Below are positions 20,001 to 30,195 of a DNA stretch of 64,000 bases, one piece after another. Location: positions 1-64,000 of IMG/VR virus record IMGVR_UViG_3300033978_000477; one strand, given 5' to 3'. A program made the translations under genes and the position numbers. The notes beneath the pieces were generated by a model. The model worked only from the letters and a program-made list of their open reading frames with translations, was not told the DNA's origin and searched no databases. Positions within the stretch are counted from its first letter, which is position 1; each line of letters starts with the position of its first letter. The stretch comes from a virus.

Positions 20001-21095
20001 ATGGCAGCCTTCACACGCACCCAATCAGACGGCACATGGAACACCGGCTATGCGGTGACACCGTCAGACATCGCTGACCTTGAACGCAAGGCGTTCCAGG
20101 GGATCAATGGCGATGTCGGTGGAAGCTATACCCCGACGTCAGAGTTGTTCATCCAGGGCAGCTCGATGGTTGTGAGTGGTCCGACGGAGATTCGACAGCG
20201 CGGCATCGTGACTGGAGCCGTTGTTCTGTATGGGACGGAATTCGAGCGGTTCGCCGTCGGGCACGTCAACCGGTCCAGGACCATCTGGCAGCCATGCTCG
20301 CCCTTCGCTGTCGTTGGTCCCACGCCTTGGGCGGTTGTTCCTAGCATCAACCCGCGAGGCGCGCATGCGGTCGCAAGCCGCATCATTGGGCACGAGGCGG
20401 CAGTGGTGCCGGAGTTCGTTGTTGAGCTTCGGGTTCACAACGGAGCCACGTTGAGCAAGGCGAGGCTTCGGCTCAAGGTCACAACCCCGCACTCAAGCGC
20501 GCCGGCAGCCATGCCGAAGGTTCGCATCGGCAGGATGCGATACGACGGAGTTGTCGAATACCTGACCAGCGGCATCGACAACTACGTATCCCTTCCGAAA
20601 GCGAACTCGGGGCAGGACTGGTACAAGGACGGCGACGTTCAGGAGTTCGAGATCCCGTGTACGCAGAACAACGTCATCGACATCTCGCAGTACAGCTACT
20701 TCGCCAACGTAGTCGAGGAGAGCGGCATTCGTGGGTATCCGTTCGAGATTGATGTCTTCGCGGCTGAAGACATCCAAGCGGCCTCCCTGACGAACCAAGC
20801 CATCCCGCCAGGCACCATGTCTCTCTTTATGGGGCAGAACGTTGCTTCCGAGAATGGCGTTTACGATGCAGGTGGACGAGCCGGAATCAGACTGTCGCCC
20901 GACTTCAAGAATGGCATGGTCTTCTTCGTCAGGTCTGGTGATGAGTTCACCGGAACATACTGGCAGATGAGCATCCCGGAACCGTTCACGGTCGACTCAT
21001 CGCCGATCCGGTTTAGCTCGGTCGTCCCCCGAGGAACCCTGTTCCTCGGCTTCCTCCTCGACTTCACGAACATCACTGACAACCGCTTCCAGTGA
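20001..21095 (+). CDS. Tail fibre-associated protein, paralog 3
   Basis: NGDVGGSY, RVHNGATL, TQNNVIDISQYSY; extra insertion with QN.SENGVY. Confidence 0.6.
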   Translation: MAAFTRTQSDGTWNTGYAVTPSDIADLERKAFQGINGDVGGSYTPTSELFIQGSSMVVSGPTEIRQRGIVTGAVVLYGTEFERFAVGHVNRSRTIWQPCSPFAVVGPTPWAVVPSINPRGAHAVASRIIGHEAAVVPEFVVELRVHNGATLSKARLRLKVTTPHSSAPAAMPKVRIGRMRYDGVVEYLTSGIDNYVSLPKANSGQDWYKDGDVQEFEIPCTQNNVIDISQYSYFANVVEESGIRGYPFEIDVFAAEDIQAASLTNQAIPPGTMSLFMGQNVASENGVYDAGGRAGIRLSPDFKNGMVFFVRSGDEFTGTYWQMSIPEPFTVDSSPIRFSSVVPRGTLFLGFLLDFTNITDNRFQ

Positions 21096-21215
21096 GCCAC
21101 TGAGCGGCCCTCTGCGCGCTTCGCGCGACTGACCGGCCCAAGGCCAACCCGCGCCCATCAGGCGCTGCAAACCACCAACGCGGCCCCGCAAAGGGCAACG
21201 CGAACGGACACATCT

Positions 21216-22619
21216 ATGCCCAGCGCAGCAGCAAGGGTCTCCATCAATGGGGGCGCCAACCAGACTTCGGCGAACAAGCCCATCGTTGCGCCCAGCGCGG
21301 CAACCGTTGCGCTGTCGAGTGCGGACACATCGTTCTGGACGCAGCAGCGTTGGGAAATCTACGCCTACCCCGATGGGTGGACCGCGCCAGTCGGTTGGAG
21401 CACTGACGCCAACGGCGTCATCTACAGCACCAGCGTTACGCCTTCGTCGTTCAGCCTCCCGGCGAACACCACCAGATGGGGCAAGTGGGGCATCCGACTG
21501 ACCGTCAACAACGGCCTTGTCGACGGCGTTGCGGACGCGTCGATGGTTGATGAGTCGCTCGCCTTCGAGATGCTCTCGCCGTCAGGTCTACACGACCTGA
21601 TGAAGTACGAGTCCAACCAGTTCGGCGCGGACTGGACGGAGCAGTTTCGGGAGAACCTTCGAGAGCTGGCGAACGGTGGGAACCCAGGCGGTTCCAATAC
21701 CCAGATCCAATACAACAACGCTGGCGTGTTTGCTGGTGTCGGCAATGTCGTCCACAACGCAGGGAACCTATCCCTATCAGAGTCCGCCCCGACCACTGGA
21801 ACGACTGGTCAGGTCACCGTTGCTTGCGTGCAGCGCGCAGGCAAACGCCACCTAGTGGTGGGAGACGGGTACGTCTCTTCGTGGGTGCGCGCGACCGGCG
21901 GATCTGTCGTTGTGGGCCCGCACCCTGGCCACGTAAAGCAGTCCTTTTACAACCCGTGGGGCAACGCCGAAACCAGTGTTACGGCAACGTTCACCATGTC
22001 GCTGACGGGCACGCTCGGCGCTCCATCCGTCGCGAGCACGTCGCTTCTCGCAAGCACGTGTAGGATACAGTCTACAAGCGCAACTGCCATCGGCAGCTTT
22101 GCGTCCCTCTATGAGTCTTCCGCGCGCCTTTGGCGCGGCAACGCAGCGGACCGAGGCGGGTTTTACCTCGTGATGCGGTTCGCACCTGAGGACGCCGCTG
22201 CGGTTTCCGGCGCTCGCATGTTCGTCGGGCTTCATACGTCGGTGGCAGGGGCGACCAACGTCGAACCCAACACGCTCACGAGCATCCTTGGCGTATGCCA
22301 GTTGAGCACGTCGAACAACCTGCACCTCATCAACAACGACGGCACCGGCACCGCGACGACGGTTGACCTTGGCGCGTCCTTCCCTGCAAACGGGAACACG
22401 GCTGCCTATGAGTTGACGATGTGGTGCCCGCCGAACGAATCATTCGTTGGGTACCGCATTGAACGGCTGGACACGGGAGACGTCAGCGAGGGGACTTGGA
22501 CAACTGACCTGCCTCCGAACACGACGTTCCTGGCGCGCCGCGCATGGCGCACGAACAACGCCCAGGCGCTAGCCGTCAAGATGACCATCATCAGTATCTA
22601 TGCGGAGACGTTGGTGTGA
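21216..22619 (+). CDS. Tail fibre / receptor-binding protein
   Basis: PGGSNTQIQYNNAGVFAG fibre motif; C-terminal lectin-like domain (WRGNAA.RGGF). Confidence 0.65.
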   Translation: MPSAAARVSINGGANQTSANKPIVAPSAATVALSSADTSFWTQQRWEIYAYPDGWTAPVGWSTDANGVIYSTSVTPSSFSLPANTTRWGKWGIRLTVNNGLVDGVADASMVDESLAFEMLSPSGLHDLMKYESNQFGADWTEQFRENLRELANGGNPGGSNTQIQYNNAGVFAGVGNVVHNAGNLSLSESAPTTGTTGQVTVACVQRAGKRHLVVGDGYVSSWVRATGGSVVVGPHPGHVKQSFYNPWGNAETSVTATFTMSLTGTLGAPSVASTSLLASTCRIQSTSATAIGSFASLYESSARLWRGNAADRGGFYLVMRFAPEDAAAVSGARMFVGLHTSVAGATNVEPNTLTSILGVCQLSTSNNLHLINNDGTGTATTVDLGASFPANGNTAAYELTMWCPPNESFVGYRIERLDTGDVSEGTWTTDLPPNTTFLARRAWRTNNAQALAVKMTIISIYAETLV

Positions 22620-22630
22620 TTGCGGAGTCA

Positions 22631-24760
22631 ATGAGGCCGGCATCGCTGGCCATCATCGCGACACTGGCACTCCAGTGTTTCCCCGTCGCGGTGAGACCAA
22701 AGCTTGTCGCGGTGTCTCCAGACCTTGGAGATGTTGATGGCGAGGTTTTGGTTACGCTCTCCGGCGCGAACCTCATTGGCGCAAGCGGGGCAACGATCGG
22801 TGGGTCTGAGTGTTCGCAGCTCAAGGTCGTCGACAACGCTACGGCGACATGCCTGACGCCGTCTAAGCCGCTCGGCACGTACAACGTTGTCATCACCACA
22901 CCAGCGGGAAGGTCCACACTCGTCAATGGATTCGAGTCCTGGTACCCGACGGCAATCACCGGCGCGCGTATCTATGACTCTGCGAAGGAAGTCGCTGCGG
23001 CCGGGTCATCGTTCGTCGTCAACTTCTCGATGGTCTCGGAAGAGATCGATCCGTCCTGGAAGCTGCGTGATGGACATGTGGCGTTCTACACACCGGGCAC
23101 CGATGACGTTGCGCTCGTAGGCGGCTGGAACCCATTCTACTCGGACGGCCTCGGCAACGGCGGCGACGGCACGCGCCCTGGCTGGACCTCCCCGCGGCAG
23201 ACCACCAACGAAGTCTGGAAGAGCACCAACGGCGGACAGAACTGGACGGCGCTGCTTGCGGACAACAACGCCGAGTTCGAGCGCCGGCACACGCCTGGCA
23301 TCGCGCAGGTCGGCAGTAAGTGGGTCATGATTGGCGGCGATCTTTGGGTCAACGATCCGCCCGACTCCTACCAGCGAGACATCGTATCCAGCACTGACGG
23401 CGGGCTGAACTGGACGACGGAGATGGCGACAACGCCATGGTCGTCGCGCATGCTTCACCTCGTCACCCAGAAGCCATTCGCCGGCAAGCTCTGGATGTTC
23501 GGCGGGCAAGACGGCGTCCTTGGCTTTGGCGGAACGGCAGACTTCCACAACGACGTTTGGAACTGCCCAGAGGACGACCTCGACAACTGGACGCAAGTCA
23601 TTGCCGACGGCGCAGCGATCGCAACGCGCCCTGGTGGGCGCGGAGGCGTCAACAACCTCATCGTGTGGGCACCGCTGACGGGCACCTACGCTGGCATCGA
23701 GCGCATGTGGCTGGCTGGCGGCTGTCAGTACGGATCTCCACACGTCTACTACAACGAGGTTTGGAGCACGACCAACGGGACTAGTTGGGTGCAGCACGCA
23801 GACGCCGGCTGGACCCCGCGGTTCTACCACTCCCTCTTCGTGCTCCGCGGTCGGCTTTGGATGATCGCCGGCGGCGACAACGTCGCCGGGAACAAGAGCG
23901 ACCTCTGGTACACCGAGGACGGCGAGAACTGGACCGAAGTCGACGCGCGCTTTGCGCCGCTCGAAGCAGGCTCGCATGCCGATGCCATCACTGTCGTGGA
24001 TGATCGCTACGCGATCTTCGCGATGGGCAACGGTTCCCTCGGGGCCGGGCCTCCGTACCTCAAGCGAGTCTGGCGCATCGACGTTCACTCTGGGACGCGA
24101 GTGTCGGCATGGGGCGACCACGGATCTGGCAGTGTCGACCTGACCGCATCAGGGGTGAATCGGCCGCTGCTGCTGGCCTCCGGCCAAGTTGGCAGCTTCG
24201 CCGCCCGACCCGCCATCGTCTTCGACGGTGCCGACAACTACATGGCCGCCGCATCCGTGGACATCCAATCTGGCGGCTACACCAGGTTCTTCTTCGGTCG
24301 GATCCCTCACCGAAAGGATGATGCGTCGCCAAGCGACACGACCGTTCAACATTGCGCCTTCGGCAATGACGCCGCGAACCAATACGAGACGACCGGACTG
24401 TCGAACGGAGCGCTCGCCATCACCGACGGCTCCGTCGCATGGGACCTGACAACGCAAGGCCTCACCAATCACGATGATGGTTTCGGAACGGCAAAGGCCT
24501 ACACCGTGACGCGCGCGACCGACAACAGCGTCAAGTTCTACGTCGATGGCGTCCAAGTAGGGACCACGCAGACGGTGAACTACAACACCACGTACAGCGG
24601 TTGGAAGTTCATCGGCGCTGGGCTGGGTACGGACTCCCCGACATCATCGAACAACAAGTTGCAGGGCGCCTTTGGTGCCTTCGTCACTTGTGACGGTGTG
24701 ATCAGTGAGGCCAACATCGCCAAGCTCTCGAAGTGGGGCCACGGCAAGTTCAAGGAGTGA
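22631..24760 (+). CDS. Multidomain adhesin-like protein: IPT/TIG, Kelch/BNR propeller and LamG-like domain
   Basis: VTLSGANL..VITTPAG (IPT); repeated NEVWKSTNGG.NW / LWM.GG units; KFYVDGVQVG (LamG-like); start uncertain. Confidence 0.65.
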   Translation: MRPASLAIIATLALQCFPVAVRPKLVAVSPDLGDVDGEVLVTLSGANLIGASGATIGGSECSQLKVVDNATATCLTPSKPLGTYNVVITTPAGRSTLVNGFESWYPTAITGARIYDSAKEVAAAGSSFVVNFSMVSEEIDPSWKLRDGHVAFYTPGTDDVALVGGWNPFYSDGLGNGGDGTRPGWTSPRQTTNEVWKSTNGGQNWTALLADNNAEFERRHTPGIAQVGSKWVMIGGDLWVNDPPDSYQRDIVSSTDGGLNWTTEMATTPWSSRMLHLVTQKPFAGKLWMFGGQDGVLGFGGTADFHNDVWNCPEDDLDNWTQVIADGAAIATRPGGRGGVNNLIVWAPLTGTYAGIERMWLAGGCQYGSPHVYYNEVWSTTNGTSWVQHADAGWTPRFYHSLFVLRGRLWMIAGGDNVAGNKSDLWYTEDGENWTEVDARFAPLEAGSHADAITVVDDRYAIFAMGNGSLGAGPPYLKRVWRIDVHSGTRVSAWGDHGSGSVDLTASGVNRPLLLASGQVGSFAARPAIVFDGADNYMAAASVDIQSGGYTRFFFGRIPHRKDDASPSDTTVQHCAFGNDAANQYETTGLSNGALAITDGSVAWDLTTQGLTNHDDGFGTAKAYTVTRATDNSVKFYVDGVQVGTTQTVNYNTTYSGWKFIGAGLGTDSPTSSNNKLQGAFGAFVTCDGVISEANIAKLSKWGHGKFKE

Positions 24761-24778
24761 TCTCCGCAGGAGGGCGCC

Positions 24779-25294
24779 ATGAGCGAAGAGGTATCGAAAC
24801 TGACCCCCGAGGAACGCCTCGAAGGTCTCATGTTGGCGCTGTCCGGACGCATCGAAGAAGCGCATCAGGAAGCGAAGGGCTGGTACCGCACCGTTCGCAA
24901 CTCCATCGCTGAGACCAACCAAGAGCTGTCGATGCTCAAGGCTCGGCTTGACTCCGCCGAGAACAAGCTGCGCCGGCACGACTCCGGTTTTGCTCGCGCC
25001 TCCGATGCGGACCTGAAGCAGAACGAAGACATCAAGTCCATCGTCGCGGCAACCGGGAACTGCGTACAAGCCATCGACGCACTTGAGAAGAAGCTCGAAG
25101 CGTACGAGGCCAACGCCAGTACCAAGGCCGAGAGCATGCAGACGGTTGCAACGGAAGCCGTCTCGCAGACCCAGACCTTGGAGTCTCAAAAGCAGAAGCT
25201 TGAGAAGGAGGGCAGCAAGTCCACCCTCGGGCTCGTCCTCACCATCGGCGTTCTCGTTCTCCAGATCGTCGAACACTACATCAGCCGGAAGTGA
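24779..25294 (+). CDS. Coiled-coil protein with C-terminal TM helix (lysis-associated?)
   Basis: Heptad-rich body and C-terminal LGLVLTIGVLVLQIV; RBS AGGAGG. Confidence 0.55.
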   Translation: MSEEVSKLTPEERLEGLMLALSGRIEEAHQEAKGWYRTVRNSIAETNQELSMLKARLDSAENKLRRHDSGFARASDADLKQNEDIKSIVAATGNCVQAIDALEKKLEAYEANASTKAESMQTVATEAVSQTQTLESQKQKLEKEGSKSTLGLVLTIGVLVLQIVEHYISRK

Positions 25295-25297
25295 CTG

Positions 25298-25402
25298 ATG
25301 ACACCTGCAACTCTCGAACGGATTGAGACAGTGAAGACCTTCATCATGCTGTCGGTGCTGGTGCACGGCGCGGCAATGCTGGCCGTCTACTACCTGCGAT
25401 GA
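25298..25402 (+). CDS. 34-aa single-TM peptide
   Basis: MTPATLERIETVKTFIMLSVLVHGAAMLAVYYLR; stop coupled to next ATG. Confidence 0.45.
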   Translation: MTPATLERIETVKTFIMLSVLVHGAAMLAVYYLR

Positions 25403-25491
25403 GCTTGGAGGAGGCACTCGACGTAGCGGCCTACGCCGTCGTGACTGTCTCCGTCATCATCTGGCTTCAGCTTCTCCAAGTCTGGCGCTGA
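25399..25491 (+). CDS. 30-aa single-TM peptide
   Basis: MSLEEALDVAAYAVVTVSVIIWLQLLQVWR; ATGA coupling. Confidence 0.45.
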   Translation: MSLEEALDVAAYAVVTVSVIIWLQLLQVWR

Positions 25492-25497
25492 CCACCA

Positions 25498-25617
25498 ATG
25501 CGTAACGACCTCGTAGACGCTGCCAAAGGCTGGCTCTGCATGGTCGCGCTCGCTCTCGCGTTCAGCGCAGTCATTGAAGTTTGCACGGGCCGATGGCCCA
25601 CCGGAGTATCCCCATGA
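25498..25617 (+). CDS. 39-aa single-TM peptide
   Basis: MRNDLVDAAKGWLCMVALALAFSAVIEVCTGRWPTGVSP; stop coupled to next ATG. Confidence 0.45.
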   Translation: MRNDLVDAAKGWLCMVALALAFSAVIEVCTGRWPTGVSP

Positions 25618-26090
25618 ATCGTGACAACCTCATCGGCCTTGGCTTCATCGTTGCCATTGTTGGCGCAGCCGTCCTGACCTACTTCGGCAAGGCGGACCCG
25701 GTCTACAGCTTCGGTTCCATCATGGGAGCTTTCCTCCTTTGGGTGCAGGACCGACCGGCCTTTGTGAAGAAGTTCTTCGGCGGCAAGGACGACCCGCCGC
25801 CGCCCGCTGCCGGCGCCGTAGCAGCGGTGTTGCTCGTGCTCTGCATGGGTGCGTCTAGCTCCCAGGCATCCTGCTCTCCAGCGTTCCGCAATGCCGTAGC
25901 CAAGAGCATCGTCGAGTTGGCCCCGTGCCTTCTGCTGAAGGTAGAGCAGGACGTTGAAGCCAAAGATGCCATCCTCCAGTGCAACGTCCCTCAGGAGTTG
26001 GTTGAAGATGCGCTGATGCTGGTCGCGGCGCAGAAGGCCGCTCACTCGCATGTGCTCGCGTCGAAACGAGACGCCGGGGCTTGCCAGTGA
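25614..26090 (+). CDS. Membrane protein, holin/spanin candidate
   Basis: Two N-terminal TM helices plus a third hydrophobic segment ending in Cys. Confidence 0.5.
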   Translation: MNRDNLIGLGFIVAIVGAAVLTYFGKADPVYSFGSIMGAFLLWVQDRPAFVKKFFGGKDDPPPPAAGAVAAVLLVLCMGASSSQASCSPAFRNAVAKSIVELAPCLLLKVEQDVEAKDAILQCNVPQELVEDALMLVAAQKAAHSHVLASKRDAGACQ

Positions 26091-26899
26091 CAGACCTGAT
26101 TCAGACGGCTGCCGACGCGGCGGAGTTCGTCAAACGGAAGTGGGGGCGGAAGCTCTTCCACGATGCCACGCAGATTGAGGAGTCCGACTGGATGTACTCC
26201 TCCGCGTTCCTCCTTGAGACCCATTTGCCGGGCGTCTCGATGCGGCCGCTTGTCGGGGCCATCCGTGACCAGGGGGCCACGAGTGCTTGCACCAACTTCG
26301 CCCTGTCGCGCAGCGTCGCGACTCGCGCGTACACCGTCGGCGCTCCACTGACGAACTACCCGAGCGAGGTGGCCAACTACAAGCTTGGCCAGATGCTGGC
26401 GAACCCAGATGCCCCGCTCGTAGACATGGGCGCCAAGCTCGGCAAGGTGCTCCAGTCCGCGCGAGACGTTGGGATGGTGAGCGAAGCGCGCGCACCGTTC
26501 GACCCTGACACCATCACCGAACCGCTTCCGTGGGACGTGTACCGCGCCGGGTCTTCGGCGATGTCGGTACTGAACAAGGGCCTGTCCTACTACCGCGTCT
26601 TCGGCTCGGTGCAGGCCAAGCAAGCGCTTTCGAGGAACATCCCACTCGTGATCGGCATGTCTGTTGACGAGTCGTTCATGAAGTACGACGGAGGCACCTA
26701 CGTTCGCGGTGGTGCAGTTGTCGGCGGTCACGCAATGACGGGCATCGGCTACCGCGCTGGCTGCCTCGAACTGGTGAACTCGTGGGGCGAGTTCTGGGGT
26801 GAGTCTGGTTTTGCCTGGCTCCCTCTCGAATACCTGGACTCCCCGAGCATCGTCTTCGAAGTCTACGCAATCGACATTGCCCCGAGGGCCGTCGTATGA
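26087..26899 (+). CDS. Papain-family (C1) cysteine peptidase
   Basis: DQGATSAC, GGHAM, NSWG..WG..GF catalytic motifs. Confidence 0.9.
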   Translation: MTDLIQTAADAAEFVKRKWGRKLFHDATQIEESDWMYSSAFLLETHLPGVSMRPLVGAIRDQGATSACTNFALSRSVATRAYTVGAPLTNYPSEVANYKLGQMLANPDAPLVDMGAKLGKVLQSARDVGMVSEARAPFDPDTITEPLPWDVYRAGSSAMSVLNKGLSYYRVFGSVQAKQALSRNIPLVIGMSVDESFMKYDGGTYVRGGAVVGGHAMTGIGYRAGCLELVNSWGEFWGESGFAWLPLEYLDSPSIVFEVYAIDIAPRAVV

Positions 26900-27219
26900 A
26901 GCGCCTCGCATTCCTCGCGCTGCTCTTTGCGGCGTGTTCATCGGCCAAGGTTCTCCCCGTGGAACCCCCTGCTGTTGTCGTCTTTCCGCGCGACGGCGGG
27001 GCCGGTTGCTGCGAGCCAGCTTGTGCACGGATGCGCGAGAGTGGTTGCCCCGAGGGCGACCCATCCGAAACCGGCGAGTCCTGCGAAGACCTCTGCCGCC
27101 GCATCACTGCCATGCGCATCGACATGGGGGCTTGCTGCGTTGCTGCCTCCCGCACCAAAGACGAACTGCTCTCCTGCGGGACAACGAAGTCCGCTCGCGC
27201 AGTCCGTTGCCAACACTGA
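26896..27219 (+). CDS. Cys-rich lipoprotein
   Basis: MKRLAFLALLFAAC lipobox; many Cys residues. Confidence 0.7.
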   Translation: MKRLAFLALLFAACSSAKVLPVEPPAVVVFPRDGGAGCCEPACARMRESGCPEGDPSETGESCEDLCRRITAMRIDMGACCVAASRTKDELLSCGTTKSARAVRCQH

Positions 27220-27227
27220 CGGGGTGT

Positions 27228-27509
27228 ATGCAGATGGACAGTCGCGACCGAACGTACCCCACCGGGCGAATGCTTGCCGTGGTGGTCAAGACGATCAGTG
27301 ATTCAGTGCCCCCGCCGGCCCCACCACCGTTCTTTGGTGCGTGCGAGCGATGCGAGGGCGTTGGCTTCAAGGAACGCGTTGTGGAGCCCTATAGCGGCCC
27401 AATGCTGGCGAGAGAGAAGAAGTGCCGCGTCTGCGATGGCACTGGACTCGCGACACCGGAGCAGAACGAAGCATGGCGCGCCGAATTGTCAGCCAAGCAG
27501 AGCGCTTGA
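27228..27509 (+). CDS. DnaJ-type zinc-finger protein
   Basis: CERCEGVG and CRVCDGTG motifs; start uncertain. Confidence 0.55.
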   Translation: MQMDSRDRTYPTGRMLAVVVKTISDSVPPPAPPPFFGACERCEGVGFKERVVEPYSGPMLAREKKCRVCDGTGLATPEQNEAWRAELSAKQSA

Positions 27510-27676
27510 CGCATTGCTGCCCGGCTTGCTGCGGACTCGGCAAGACAGAGCACGTCGAAGAAGGCGGACTCGACATCACGTACCACATCCAACTTTGCGA
27601 CACCTGCTGGGGCGCTGGGCGCGTCACTGAGAAGCGGATGCGCAAGTACTGGAACGACACCCCCGCAACAGCCTGA
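27506..27676 (+). CDS. Small DnaJ-type zinc-finger protein
   Basis: CPACCGLG and CDTCWGAG; TTGA coupling. Confidence 0.5.
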   Translation: MTHCCPACCGLGKTEHVEEGGLDITYHIQLCDTCWGAGRVTEKRMRKYWNDTPATA

Positions 27677-27750
27677 GCGCTGCTGACGACAATTCAAACC
27701 CATCGATTGCTGGGCCCCGTCACCGGTGCGCCTGAACGGAGAACTACGCC

Positions 27751-28191
27751 ATGTCTATGTCGAACACTTCGGAGAACAACCTTCTCCTCCTCCTCTTCAA
27801 CAACACCAACTGGGCAAACCTTGGTGATGCGACGGGGCTCCGAAGTTCCACCACCGCCGGGTCGTTCCACATCTCGCTGCATACCGCAGACCCCGGCGAG
27901 GCTGGCTCCCAGACCACCAGCGAGATCAGCTACACCGGGTATAGCCGCGTTGCTGTCGCTCGCAGCGGTTCCGGCTTCACCGTCACCGGCGCATCAGTGA
28001 GCAACGCTGCTGCCGTCACGTTCGGAGCCTGCACCGCGGGCAGCGGAACTGCGACTCACTTCAGCATCGGCCGAGACGCTTCGGGCACTGGTGAAATCAT
28101 CATCAGCGGCGCGCTCTCGGCGAGCCTCGCGATCTCTGCGGGTATTACTCCACAATTCGCTATCGGGCAGATGACCGCCACGGCCGACTGA
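27751..28191 (+). CDS. Phage tail/fibre-associated protein
   Basis: SLHTADPGEAG..T.E.SYTGYSRVAV...VTF..T...THF motif common in tail-fibre-associated genes. Confidence 0.65.
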   Translation: MSMSNTSENNLLLLLFNNTNWANLGDATGLRSSTTAGSFHISLHTADPGEAGSQTTSEISYTGYSRVAVARSGSGFTVTGASVSNAAAVTFGACTAGSGTATHFSIGRDASGTGEIIISGALSASLAISAGITPQFAIGQMTATAD

Positions 28192-28251
28192 CCGTGAAGG
28201 TGTTCGAGGTGGCTTCAGAGCAGGAACGTATTCGGACGGAGTCCTAATCAG

Positions 28252-28701
28252 ATGGCAGACAATGTTGGATACAGCCCTGGCTCTGGGGCCACCATCGCAT
28301 CGGATGACATTGGTGGCATTCAGCACCAGCGCGTCAAGATCACACTGGGCGCTGATGGTGTGTCGAACGGCGACGTCAGCGAAGCGAACCCGATGCCCGT
28401 CATGGGTGAGGGCGAGCTTGTCGAGTCGCTCTTCGCGATTCGCTCGGCGCTCGAAGTCCTCGCGCGCAACACCGGGCAGGCATACCCAGACACCGCGGGC
28501 CGCTTGCGTGTCGCGATTGACTCAATCAGCTCCGCGCTCACCCTAGCGACCATCACCACCGTCGGCACTGTCACCACGGTTACGACCGTGACGACGATGA
28601 CAAACCAGGTGAACGTGGGCGGCTACTCGGCGGCGCCGCAAATCCAGGCTCTCACGCAAATCGGGGCGGAGTCGCTCCGTCGAAATATCTCGGTGACCTA
28701 A
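28252..28701 (+). CDS. Virion-associated hypothetical protein
   Basis: MADNV, GATIASDDIGG.QHQRVK...G.DG; TVGTVTTVTTV repeat. Confidence 0.55.
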   Translation: MADNVGYSPGSGATIASDDIGGIQHQRVKITLGADGVSNGDVSEANPMPVMGEGELVESLFAIRSALEVLARNTGQAYPDTAGRLRVAIDSISSALTLATITTVGTVTTVTTVTTMTNQVNVGGYSAAPQIQALTQIGAESLRRNISVT

Positions 28702-30137
28702 TGGCGACCACGAACGGCAACCGCAAGATCCTCGACCTCAAGCGCTGGGAGATGTGCGCGCCCGCACCCGTCGCAACGGCCGCGGCGCACTTCATCGCAA
28801 GCTCGCGCTGCTACCGACAGCAGCAACTGCTCGTGACGTCCAACACCGTTGCGTACCTGTACGCGCCGCTCGAAGACGGCTTCGTGCAGGTGCCCAGCCC
28901 GGCGCTCGCTGGCACCTTTGGCGCTGGTGCAACCGGCTGCGGCGTTTCGTGGACGACCGGCTCAACCATCGGCGCCGCCTCGCTCACTGCGACCGCTGGC
29001 ACGACAACCAGCATCACAACGAACCAGACGCTGGCGCGCCACCTCCGCGGTTACAGTGTGCACATCCTTGCCGGCCCGAACGCTGGCGAGACGAAGACGA
29101 TCGCGTCCAACACCATCGGCGCCAACGCCGTCATTACGTTCACCGCTGCAAGCGGTGTCGCGTTCTCGGCGTCGACGGTGTACCGCATCATCGCTCCCAA
29201 GTTCTTCGTGCTCGGCGCGGGCACGCTCGCGGCGGGCTCGTTCAAATCCTACGACTTCGCCACCAACACTTGGACGACCTGCACCATCACCGGTCTGCCG
29301 GCCACCATCGGTACCGACGCGAAGCTCATCTCGACGCCGGGATGGCTGGACGATACATACAATGCTTTCGCGACTGGAACCGCGACGGCTGGCGGCGCTA
29401 GCACGCTGACCAACAGCGCGAAAACCTGGGCCACGAACCAGTGGGCCAACTATCAGATCCGCATCACTGCGGGCACCGGGGCTGGCCAGATCCGCACGAT
29501 CGCCAGCAACACCGGCACGGTCATTACCACCAGCGCGGCCTGGACGACGAACCCCGACGCGACGAGCCAGTACTCAATCGAGGGGAACGACAACTTCCTC
29601 TACTTGATTGGCAACAACGCCGTCACGATGTACCGCTACGACATCGCCGCGAACACCTGGTCGACGCTGGCCCCTGGTGTTGCCCGTGGCGCCGCTCCCG
29701 GCGCTGGCATGTCGGGACACTGGGTGCACTCTGCACCAGAGGCCGAGTGGAACAACGAAAGCACCATCCAGAACGGGCGCTACATCTACTCGTTCCGTGG
29801 CGCCGCTGGTGCGCTGCTGGACCGCTACGACATCGCTGCCAACACCTGGTCGGCGGTGACATACAGCCCCGCCACGGAGACGTTCACAACCGGAACGAAG
29901 TACACCATCTTCGATGGTGCACTCTACATCCAGAAGGACGCGACAGGCCGGTGGTTTCGGTACAACTTTGCGACCAATGAAATGGATGGGTGGGGCACCA
30001 TGCTCTACCCCAACGGCGCTGCCATTGTCGGCGACACCGCGTTTTATGCGTACTTCGACGACGGCGCGACCAAGATCACGTTCGTGTACATGATCCTCAA
30101 CACCTCGGCGGTGATGCTGCGGCAGATGATCATCTGA
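28701..30137 (+). CDS. Thr/Ala-rich propeller protein with repeated AGTGAGQ.RTI.SNT domains
   Basis: Repeated RYDIAANTWS Kelch-like units. Confidence 0.6.
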   Translation: MATTNGNRKILDLKRWEMCAPAPVATAAAHFIASSRCYRQQQLLVTSNTVAYLYAPLEDGFVQVPSPALAGTFGAGATGCGVSWTTGSTIGAASLTATAGTTTSITTNQTLARHLRGYSVHILAGPNAGETKTIASNTIGANAVITFTAASGVAFSASTVYRIIAPKFFVLGAGTLAAGSFKSYDFATNTWTTCTITGLPATIGTDAKLISTPGWLDDTYNAFATGTATAGGASTLTNSAKTWATNQWANYQIRITAGTGAGQIRTIASNTGTVITTSAAWTTNPDATSQYSIEGNDNFLYLIGNNAVTMYRYDIAANTWSTLAPGVARGAAPGAGMSGHWVHSAPEAEWNNESTIQNGRYIYSFRGAAGALLDRYDIAANTWSAVTYSPATETFTTGTKYTIFDGALYIQKDATGRWFRYNFATNEMDGWGTMLYPNGAAIVGDTAFYAYFDDGATKITFVYMILNTSAVMLRQMII

Positions 30138-30195
30138 GAGCCTGATGGCTTTCATGGACAACTGAAGACCAAGATCCAAAGCCCACACACATCCG

